Shown here: positions 57,269-64,000 of the stretch, in pieces | Numbering within the stretch: position 1 is the stretch's first letter | How the letters are laid out: each line of letters starts with the position of its first letter | Origin: Cyanobium sp. | Lineage (GTDB): Bacteria; Cyanobacteriota; Cyanobacteriia; PCC-6307; Cyanobiaceae | Assembly (NCBI GenBank): GCA_046075505.1 | Contig: JBJTQH010000133.1 | Coordinates: 61,497-125,496, forward strand | Direction of reading: 5' to 3' | DNA length: 64,000 bases | Made by a program: the position numbers and the translations under genes | The notes under the pieces: model-generated | Database searches by the model: none | What the model saw: only the letters and a program-made list of their open reading frames with translations | What the model was told of the DNA's origin: nothing

Positions 57269-58303
57269 TTGAGCGGCTGGAGCCATCGCCACGTCCTCGA
57301 CCTGGCCTCCTTCTCGGTCGCCGATTTCGCCACCGTGCTGGAGCTGGCCCAGCGCTTCCGCTCCCTGCCTGTTTCCGGTGCCCGCAAGCTGCCGGCGTTG
57401 CAGGGCCGGCTGATGACCACCCTGTTCTTTGAGGCGAGCACCCGCACCCGCAGCAGCTTCGAGCTGGCGGCGCGGCGTCTCTCCGCCGATGTGCAGACCT
57501 TCTCGCCCGCCTCCAGCGCCCTGAGCAAGGGCGAAAGCCTGCTCGACACCGCCCGCACCTATGTGGCGATGGGCGCCGATCTGCTGGTGGTGCGTCACCG
57601 CTGCACCGCCGTGCCCCGCGGCCTGGCCCAGGCGCTGGATGCGATCGGCGCCGGAGTGTCGGTGCTCAATGCCGGCGATGGCCTGCATAGCCATCCCAGC
57701 CAAGGTCTGCTCGATCTGTTCACCCTGGCGCGCCATTTCGAACCCGATCAACCCCGGCCCGAAAGCCTGAAAGGCAAACGCATCGCGATCGTGGGCGACA
57801 TCCTGCATTCGCGCGTCGCCCGCTCCAACCTCTGGGCCCTCACCGCCTGCGGCGCCGATGTGGTGCTGTGCGGTCCGCCCACCCTGCTGCCGGAGGCCTT
57901 CGCCGACTTCCTGGCCGCGCCACCGCCGGGCCAGGCCCACGATCCGGTGCCGCAGCGGGGCCATCTGCACCTGTGCCGCAGCCTCGAGCAGGCCCTGCCC
58001 GGTGCGGATGCCGTGATGACCCTGCGCCTGCAGAAGGAGCGCATGCAGCAGCACCTGCTGACCAGCCTCGACACCTATCACCGCCTCTATGGCCTCAACG
58101 CCGAGCGCCTGGCCCTGTGCGGCAAGCCGGTGCCGCTGCTCCACCCGGGCCCGGTGAACCGCGGCGTGGAACTGGCGGGAGATCTGCTCGATGATCCCTC
58201 CTGCAGCCTGGTGGAGGAGCAGGTGCGCAACGGCATCCCGATCCGGATGGCGCTTCTGTATCTGATGGCCGCCGCCGATGGCAGCGCGCCGCCATCCCTG
58301 TGA
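57269..58303 (+). CDS. pyrB: aspartate carbamoyltransferase catalytic subunit
   Basis: [29 protein letters not shown] and [10 protein letters not shown] motifs. TTG start at 57269. Confidence 0.95.
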   Translation: MSGWSHRHVLDLASFSVADFATVLELAQRFRSLPVSGARKLPALQGRLMTTLFFEASTRTRSSFELAARRLSADVQTFSPASSALSKGESLLDTARTYVAMGADLLVVRHRCTAVPRGLAQALDAIGAGVSVLNAGDGLHSHPSQGLLDLFTLARHFEPDQPRPESLKGKRIAIVGDILHSRVARSNLWALTACGADVVLCGPPTLLPEAFADFLAAPPPGQAHDPVPQRGHLHLCRSLEQALPGADAVMTLRLQKERMQQHLLTSLDTYHRLYGLNAERLALCGKPVPLLHPGPVNRGVELAGDLLDDPSCSLVEEQVRNGIPIRMALLYLMAAADGSAPPSL

Positions 58304-58318
58304 ACGCAGGAGCACCAT

Positions 58319-58831
58319 TCACAGCAGCTTGAACGCGTCCAGGATCAGGCCATACAGCAGTCCGAGACGCACCATGTCGAGCAGCTGGAGGCCAAGGCGA
58401 TCCCCCGGACGCTGCAGCAACGGACGACGCAGGCGCACCGCCATCTCCAGCAGCAGCACACAGATCAACGCCGAAATCTGATCGATCCTGGCAAGTGCAC
58501 CGGTGATCGCCCCCAGGCCGCTGCCCACCGCAAAGCTGCTCAGCAGCACGATCGCCAGCAGCGACAGACGCCTCCAGGGGTTCTTCGCCCAGCGCTGCAG
58601 CCTCTGGGCCGCCGCCGCGACCCGCCGCTCGAAGCGGGTCTGCTGCAGCCTGGGGCGCTGCGGATCAACAGCGGACGCAGGCGGGGGAGATCTCAGGGCC
58701 AGACGGCAGGGGCTGTGAGTCTGATCGGCGGCAGCCCCTGCTGGGGTCCTCGGGCGCAGCCGCTGCCGGGGCCATCGGGCCGCATCGGTGTCGTGGCAGC
58801 CACAGGGCTGCAAGGGGTGCAGGGCGGCCAA
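58319..58831 (-). CDS. Ycf20-like (DUF565) membrane protein
   Basis: WAKNPWRRLSLLAIVLLSSFAVGSGLGAITGALA...LLYGLILDAFKLL. The start within the ORF is uncertain. Confidence 0.7.
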   Translation of the reverse strand: MAALHPLQPCGCHDTDAARWPRQRLRPRTPAGAAADQTHSPCRLALRSPPPASAVDPQRPRLQQTRFERRVAAAAQRLQRWAKNPWRRLSLLAIVLLSSFAVGSGLGAITGALARIDQISALICVLLLEMAVRLRRPLLQRPGDRLGLQLLDMVRLGLLYGLILDAFKLL

Positions 58832-58997
58832 CGGCCCGGGCCCTGGTCAGGTCAGATGGCTCGGCCAGCCGACCGCCAAGGGCTCCGGACGGTGATCCCC
58901 ATCACCCGGCCCGCGCCCTGCCCACCCTGTTTACACCAACTCTGGGGTCGCGGCTGTCTGCGCCGGCCCCCCGAACACCAGCCCTGGCGCAGCCATG

Positions 58998-59020
58998 AAA
59001 AAAGCCCCGACCACAGGGGC
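58998..59020 (-). terminator. rho-independent terminator (minus strand)
   Basis: The minus strand reads GCCCC-TGTGGTC-GGGGC followed by TTTTTT. Confidence 0.65.
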
Positions 59021-59279
59021 CCGGGCTGGGTGATGGGGACGCCTCAGAGAACCGCCCCGGGGAAGCGCTCACAAGCGGCAGCGGTCCGCCGGAGGGATTG
59101 TCCTGGCTCCCCCTTGACGCAGAACGGTGCAGTCTCAGGAGGAGAGACGGGGACTTCAGGTGGTCCGCTCCGAGCGCGACGACATCGGAGTGCCTCGGCG
59201 TCAGAGGGTGGGATGAGGCGTCGATCTCAGCGATCGCCCTCAGGGACCGCCCTCAGGAATTGCCATCCTTGCGATGGCT

Positions 59280-59477
59280 TCAGAGATCGCCATCCTTGCG
59301 ACGGCTGCCCTTGCCCTCCAGCAGCTCGAGCAGGGCCTCCATCTGAGCCATCACCCCCCGGACCTCACCGGCCTCAGGCAGAAGGCCATCTTCCATCACG
59401 CCCTGATGCATTTCGCGCAGCTCCTGACGGATGTATCGCAGATGGCTCACCACCTGCTCACGTTTGGATTGCGACAT
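59280..59477 (-). CDS. small hypothetical protein (65 aa, helical)
   Basis: ATG-initiated ORF 30 nt downstream of the PCP_red-domain gene, on the same strand. No family recognised. Confidence 0.45.
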   Translation of the reverse strand: MSQSKREQVVSHLRYIRQELREMHQGVMEDGLLPEAGEVRGVMAQMEALLELLEGKGSRRKDGDL

Positions 59478-59506
59478 CGATCAGGGTCAGCGCGGACGGG
59501 GAGACT

Positions 59507-59692
59507 TCACTCTTTTACAGCATCGCCGGAACCAGGCCTGCCGAAGCGTGCCCGGGCCTGCTGGTAAAAGGCCGCATCCACCTGCTCCCGGCCGGCCTCA
59601 GCCGCCATCGAGGCGATGCGGTGGCGCACCGCAGGCCTGACGAAGAATGGCACCTCGCGCAGCAACTGCTCGGCTTCAGCGCTCCAGTCCAT
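59507..59692 (-). CDS. PCP-reductase-domain (protochlorophyllide reductase C-terminal-like) small protein
   Basis: MDWSAEAEQLLREVPFFVRPAVRHRIASMAAEAG..VDAAFYQQARARF. ATG at 59692 chosen; the longer ORF would run up to the tRNA. Confidence 0.7.
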   Translation of the reverse strand: MDWSAEAEQLLREVPFFVRPAVRHRIASMAAEAGREQVDAAFYQQARARFGRPGSGDAVKE

Positions 59693-59758
59693 GCGACTCT
59701 CCGGTGGGGATGCTTCAGGGGAGACGCCGCGCCATGGGAGTCGGCCCTGAAGACTCAA

Positions 59759-59831
59759 TGGAGAATAGGGGACTCGAACCCCTGACCTCTGCGGTGCGAT
59801 CGCAGCGCTCTACCAGCTGAGCTAATTCCCC
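59759..59831 (-). tRNA. tRNA-Ala (anticodon CGC)
   Basis: Folded by hand. Acceptor GGGGAAT/ATTCTCC with G3:U70; D arm GCTC-AGCTGGTA-GAGC; anticodon arm CTGCG-ATCGCAC-CGCAG; T arm AGGGG-TTCGAGT-CCCCT; discriminator A. 73 nt, CCA not encoded. Confidence 0.93.
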
Positions 59832-59899
59832 GGTCCTTGGCATTATTACGGTTCGCGGCCTCCGCTGCCGATCCGGGTGGCTGCTCCTTCAACCGACCC

Positions 59900-60151
59900 A
59901 TGGTCCCCCAATCCCCCCCCGTTCCCGTCGGCGACGCCACCACCCCGGCAGGGATCACTCCGGAACTGCTGGCCGGCTTCGATGAGGAGGCCACAGCCCA
60001 GCTGGCGCGCCGCCTCGAAGACGACGACTACCCCACCCCCTTCGCCGGCCTGAACGACTGGCATCTGCTGCGGGCCCTGGCGATTCACCGGCCCGAACTC
60101 ACCCTGCCCTACCTGCATCTGGTGGATCAGGAGCCGTTCGACGAAGACTGA
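59900..60151 (+). CDS. conserved hypothetical acidic protein
   Basis: ATG at 59900 (MVPQSPP). Well-composed sequence ITPELLAGFDEEATAQLARRLEDDDYPTPFAGLNDWHLLRAL. Confidence 0.55.
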   Translation: MVPQSPPVPVGDATTPAGITPELLAGFDEEATAQLARRLEDDDYPTPFAGLNDWHLLRALAIHRPELTLPYLHLVDQEPFDED

Positions 60152-60196
60152 AGAGCGATGGGGGCCACCAGCTGCTGGGGCCACCAACCGGATCGC

Positions 60197-60682
60197 TCAG
60201 GCGGCCAGCCGGGGGGTTCCCCCCTCCGGCGGCCGTTGCGCAAGGCCTCCCCGCTCCGCTCCGGCCAGATCGAGACCATTCGGATCGGGAACACCCAGCT
60301 CGGGGCAACCGGAGGCGAGCGGCTCTGCAACTCCAACGGGCGCCCTGGCCCCGAGCAGATCGAGGAAGGTCCGCAGCTGCAGGCGTGGGATGTAAGGCCA
60401 GCCACCACTGCGCTCCATCTCCGAGAGCAGCTGGAACAGGGCGTTGCGATCCGAGGGCAGGCTGGCGCGGAACGGCCCGTCCTGAATGGCGCGATGCAGC
60501 TGCTCGAGACGACGCAGCAGCTGCAGCAAGGCCTCGGGCTGGCCCTCGAGCGCAGCGGCATGGGCCTCCAGAGAGCGCAGCAAGGACTCTGCCTCGGCAC
60601 CGGCCTGGGGCGGAGGGCCGGCGGGGGCAGCGCCGGGCGCGCTGGGAACGGCGCTGGTGTCGGAAGGGTTGCTCTGGCTCAT
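60197..60682 (-). CDS. conserved hypothetical protein
   Basis: 161-aa ORF divergent from psbO with a helical Leu-rich core (LLQLLRRLEQLHRAIQDGPF). No family recognised. Confidence 0.5.
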   Translation of the reverse strand: MSQSNPSDTSAVPSAPGAAPAGPPPQAGAEAESLLRSLEAHAAALEGQPEALLQLLRRLEQLHRAIQDGPFRASLPSDRNALFQLLSEMERSGGWPYIPRLQLRTFLDLLGARAPVGVAEPLASGCPELGVPDPNGLDLAGAERGGLAQRPPEGGTPRLAA

Positions 60683-60794
60683 CGCGCTCTCATACAGGAT
60701 GTTGAGAGGGCCAGCAAGCTATCAGGGATTGCCGTTTTGCACCGGTAGGATCGCCGCCAGCCCAGTTCCCGTTCCGTCCCTGCGGCTTCTCCCC

Positions 60795-61616
60795 ATGCGT
60801 TTTCGTCCACTGCTGGCCGTGGTGCTGGCGCTGTGTCTCACCTTGGTGACCGCATGCAGCGGCGGGGCCAAGGCTGTCGATCGCGCCAACCTGACCTACG
60901 ACGACATCCACAACACCGGTCTGGCCAACAACTGCCCCACCCTGCCCGAATCGGCCCGCGGGGCGATCGCCCTCGAGGCCGGATCCCGCTATCAGCTGCG
61001 GGAGGTCTGCCTGCATCCCACCGAAGTGTTCGTCAAGGGTGAACCGGCCAACAAGCGCCAGGAAGCCCAGTTCGTCGGCGGCAAGATCCTCACCCGCTAC
61101 ACCTCCAGCCTGGATCAGGTGTACGGCGACCTGAAGGTCGGCAGCGACAAGCTCACCTTCACTGAACTCGGCGGCATCGACTTCCAGCCGATCACCGTGC
61201 TGCTGCCCGGCGGCGAAGAGGTGCCCTTCACCTTCTCCAGCAAGGAGCTGGTGGCTGAAGCCAGCGGCGGTTCCCTCACCACCAGCACCGACTTCAGCGG
61301 CTCCTACCGCACCCCCAGCTACCGCACCTCCAACTTCCTCGATCCCAAGGGCCGCGGCCTCACCACCGGTGTGGGATACGCCCAGGGTCTGGTGGCTCTC
61401 CAGTCGGGCAACGAGGAGATCGCCCGGGAGAACGTGAAGAGCTACGTGGATGGCACCGGCACCATGGAGCTCTCGATCACCAAGGTGGATGGCGACACCG
61501 GTGAATTCGCCGGCGTGTTCACCGCCGTGCAACCCTCCGACAGCGACATGGGCACCAAGGAGCCGGTTGACGTGAAGATCACCGGCGAGCTGTACGGCCG
61601 TCTCGAGAAGGCCTGA
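60795..61616 (+). CDS. psbO: photosystem II manganese-stabilising protein PsbO
   Basis: Signal peptide with ..TACSG, then LTYDDIHNTGLANNCP..LREVCLHPTEVFVKGE..FQPITVLLPGGEEVPF. ATG at 60795. Confidence 0.95.
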   Translation: MRFRPLLAVVLALCLTLVTACSGGAKAVDRANLTYDDIHNTGLANNCPTLPESARGAIALEAGSRYQLREVCLHPTEVFVKGEPANKRQEAQFVGGKILTRYTSSLDQVYGDLKVGSDKLTFTELGGIDFQPITVLLPGGEEVPFTFSSKELVAEASGGSLTTSTDFSGSYRTPSYRTSNFLDPKGRGLTTGVGYAQGLVALQSGNEEIARENVKSYVDGTGTMELSITKVDGDTGEFAGVFTAVQPSDSDMGTKEPVDVKITGELYGRLEKA

Positions 61617-61757
61617 TCGCAGCCGTGCTGCTGGAGGCTGCCGGCTCCCGCCTGGCGGTCTCCCCCTGACACTCTGCTTTCAGCTCCCTGCTCCATCAAC
61701 CCCCCCCATCAGGGGGCAGGACAACCGAATCGCCCCGGGGATCTCTCCCGGGCTTCA

Positions 61758-61779
61758 GGGGCCGAGAGGCCCCTTTTCT
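61758..61779 (+). terminator. rho-independent terminator after psbO
   Basis: GGGGCC-GAGA-GGCCCC followed by TTTT. Confidence 0.6.
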
Positions 61780-61892
61780 GTGGCCATCCGGCCCGACAGG
61801 CCTGTCTGGCTGGGGCGGCCAGGTGGGCCGGCGCCGAAGAGGTGGGCTGGTCTGGGAGAATCCCCGGCAACCTCCCTGCAGACGCCCGCGCC

Positions 61893-63071
61893 ATGCCCAC
61901 TGCCGATGCCACCCAGGCTGCCGCCGCCTCCAGCCTGATTGCGCCCCACGGCGGCGTTCTGGTGGATCTGATGGTGCCGGCCGAGCAGCGGGACGCGGTC
62001 CGCTCTGGCGTGAACCGCCGTGTGGAGTGCTCCGATCGCAATGCCTGCGATGTGGAACTGCTGGTGGTGGGCGGCTTCTCCCCCCTGCGCGGCTTCATGC
62101 ACCAGGAGGACTACGAGTCGGTGGTGGCCAGCCACCGCACCAGCAGCGGTCTGCTGTTCGGCCTGCCGATCGTGTTCGACACCGATCAGTCGGACATCAG
62201 CCTCGGCGAGCGGCTCCTGCTCACCTACCAGGGCCAGGAGCTGGCGGTGCTCACCGTGGAGAGCATCTGGGAACCCGACAAGGTGAAGGAGGCCAAGGGC
62301 TGCTACGGCACCACCTCCCTGGAACACCCGGCCGTGCGCATGATCGCCACGGAGCGCGGCCGCTTCTACATCGGTGGCCAGGTGCAGGGCCTGGAGCTAC
62401 CCCAGCGTGTCTTCCCCTGCCGCACCCCGGCTGAGGTGCGCGCCACCCTGCCCGCCCACGAGGATGTGGTGGCCTTCCAATGCCGCAACCCGATCCACCG
62501 CGCCCACTACGAACTGTTCACCCGCGCTCTGGATGCCACCAATGTCAGCAAGGGCGGTGTGGTGCTGGTGCATCCCACCTGCGGCCCCACCCAGGACGAT
62601 GACATCGCCGGTTCGGTGCGCTTCCAGACCTATGAACGGCTGGCGGCGGAGGTGAACAACCCGCGCATCCGCTGGGCCTATCTGCCTTATTCGATGCACA
62701 TGGCCGGCCCGCGCGAGGCGCTGCAGCACATGATCATCCGCAAGAACTACGGCTGCACCCACTTCATCATCGGCCGCGACATGGCCGGCTGCAAATCGAG
62801 TCTCAGCGGCGACGACTTCTACGGTCCCTATGAGGCCCAGGATTTCGCCCGCGAGCAGGCGCCCGAGCTGGGCATGGAGACGGTGCCGTCCCTGAACCTG
62901 GTGTACACCGAGGAGGAGGGCTACGTGACCGCCGAGCACGCCGAGGCCCGTGGCCTGCACGTGCGCAAGCTGAGCGGCACCCAGTTCCGCCAGATGCTGC
63001 GCGGCGGCGAGGAGATCCCGGAGTGGTTCGCCTTCCGCAGCGTGGTGGACGTGCTGCGGGCCGCCGCCTGA
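61893..63071 (+). CDS. sat: sulfate adenylyltransferase (ATP sulfurylase)
   Basis: LIAPHGG..ELLVVGGFSPLRGFM..FQCRNPIHRAHYELF..HFIIGRDMAG motifs. ATG at 61893. Confidence 0.93.
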   Translation: MPTADATQAAAASSLIAPHGGVLVDLMVPAEQRDAVRSGVNRRVECSDRNACDVELLVVGGFSPLRGFMHQEDYESVVASHRTSSGLLFGLPIVFDTDQSDISLGERLLLTYQGQELAVLTVESIWEPDKVKEAKGCYGTTSLEHPAVRMIATERGRFYIGGQVQGLELPQRVFPCRTPAEVRATLPAHEDVVAFQCRNPIHRAHYELFTRALDATNVSKGGVVLVHPTCGPTQDDDIAGSVRFQTYERLAAEVNNPRIRWAYLPYSMHMAGPREALQHMIIRKNYGCTHFIIGRDMAGCKSSLSGDDFYGPYEAQDFAREQAPELGMETVPSLNLVYTEEEGYVTAEHAEARGLHVRKLSGTQFRQMLRGGEEIPEWFAFRSVVDVLRAAA

Positions 63072-63160
63072 GGCGCACCCCGTCCCGGCGGCAGCGGCCC
63101 ACCCCACCCCGCCGGGTCGGTTAACATTCCTTTACCTCATCATCATCCAGGAGATCGCCC

Positions 63161-64000
63161 GTGAAGAAACGCTGGCGCAACACCGGGCTCTACGTGCTGC
63201 TGGTGATCGTGGTTCTGGCCGTCGGCACGGCCTTCCTCGACCGCCCCAGCAGCACCGCCAACGCCCCCCGCACCCTGCGCTACAGCGACTTCGTCGAGGC
63301 CGTGCAGGGCAATGAGGTCTCGCGCGTGCTGATCTCGCCCGATCGCGGCACCGCCCAGGTGGTGGAGAACGACGGCCAGCGGGCGATCGTCAACCTCGCC
63401 CCCGACCGCGACCTGCTCAAGCTGCTCACCCAGCACAACGTCGACATCGCCGTTCAGCCCAGCCGCGAGCCGGCCGCCTGGCAGCAGGCCGTCGGTTCCC
63501 TGATCTTCCCGCTGCTGCTGCTCGGTGGCCTGTTCTTCCTGCTGCGCCGCGCCCAGGGCGGCGGCGGCAATCCGGCGATGAACTTCGGCAAGAGCAAGGC
63601 GCGGGTGCAGATGGAACCCCAGACCCAGGTGACCTTTGGCGATGTGGCCGGCATCGAGGGCGCCAAGCTCGAACTCACCGAGGTGGTCGACTTCCTGAAG
63701 AACCCCGATCGCTTCACCGCCGTCGGCGCCAAGATCCCCAAGGGTGTGCTGCTGGTGGGCCCTCCCGGCACCGGCAAAACGCTGCTCGCCAAGGCTGTCG
63801 CCGGTGAGGCCGGTGTGCCCTTCTTCTCGATTTCCGGCTCGGAGTTCGTCGAGATGTTCGTGGGCGTCGGCGCCAGCCGCGTGCGCGATCTGTTCGAGCA
63901 GGCCAAGAAGAATGCCCCCTGCATCGTGTTCATCGATGAGATCGATGCGGTGGGCCGTCAGCGCGGCGCCGGCCTCGGCGGCGGCAACGATGAGCGCGAG
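63161..64000 (+). CDS. ftsH: ATP-dependent zinc metalloprotease FtsH (5' part; continues beyond the window)
   Basis: GTG at 63161 preceded by aggag. TM helices, Walker [14 protein letters not shown] and Walker [10 protein letters not shown]. The frame is open to nt 64000. Not in the ORF track because no stop lies in the window. Confidence 0.93.
   Translation, partial: MKKRWRNTGLYVLLVIVVLAVGTAFLDRPSSTANAPRTLRYSDFVEAVQGNEVSRVLISPDRGTAQVVENDGQRAIVNLAPDRDLLKLLTQHNVDIAVQPSREPAAWQQAVGSLIFPLLLLGGLFFLLRRAQGGGGNPAMNFGKSKARVQMEPQTQVTFGDVAGIEGAKLELTEVVDFLKNPDRFTAVGAKIPKGVLLVGPPGTGKTLLAKAVAGEAGVPFFSISGSEFVEMFVGVGASRVRDLFEQAKKNAPCIVFIDEIDAVGRQRGAGLGGGNDERE

Noticed and set aside
58715-59785. 356-aa plus-strand ORF.
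   Set aside because: It overlaps the ycf20-like gene start, two minus-strand small genes and the tRNA-Ala, and its composition is Pro/Arg/Gly-rich.
59759-59831. tRNA-Ala as the integration site of the low-GC island.
   Set aside because: It is 3.4 kb from the island edge, with high-GC core genes (mpg, pyrB, ycf20-like) in between. I found no partial tRNA copy at either island border.
1-64000. CRISPR arrays, rRNA genes, IS elements, integrases, toxin-antitoxin pairs or restriction-modification genes.
   Set aside because: No regularly spaced direct repeats were seen. No ORF carries transposase, integrase, nuclease-methylase or TA hallmarks. The repeats found are only short tandem or dispersed motifs, listed above.

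Overview
This window looks like a high-GC picocyanobacterial chromosome segment of Synechococcus/Cyanobium type. The assignment rests on psbO, psb27, a ycf20-like gene, a PCP-reductase-domain gene, idiA/futA and recurrent GCGATCGC (HIP1) palindromes. About 58 protein genes and one tRNA-Ala(CGC) can be supported. Most are densely packed housekeeping genes: ssb, cobK, purA, psb27, proS, lepB, ftsI, tal, mscS, a potADBC operon, xthA, larC, hisIE, mpg, pyrB, psbO, sat and ftsH. Two parts stand out. (1) 34.7-42.4 kb is a metal-homeostasis neighbourhood. It runs fur, a Crp-family regulator, futB-futA/idiA, a small ORF, hupE, a COG0523 GTPase with a very long His-rich insert, zur and a QueD-like gene. 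(2) ~43.4-56.35 kb is a sharply lower-GC island holding a single giant adhesin-like locus. Its domains include a cysteine-less C-type lectin-like domain, three PA14 domains, a CBM-like jelly roll, a LamG domain, many Calx-beta-like repeats, a ~1100-aa unassignable module and a DUF4114-like tail. The reading frame of this locus is broken three times, each time by a -1 shift. No secretion signal, secretion partner or mobility gene is visible nearby. The many long ORFs antisense to well-supported genes are treated as high-GC artefacts. No CRISPR array, rRNA or transposase/integrase gene was found.
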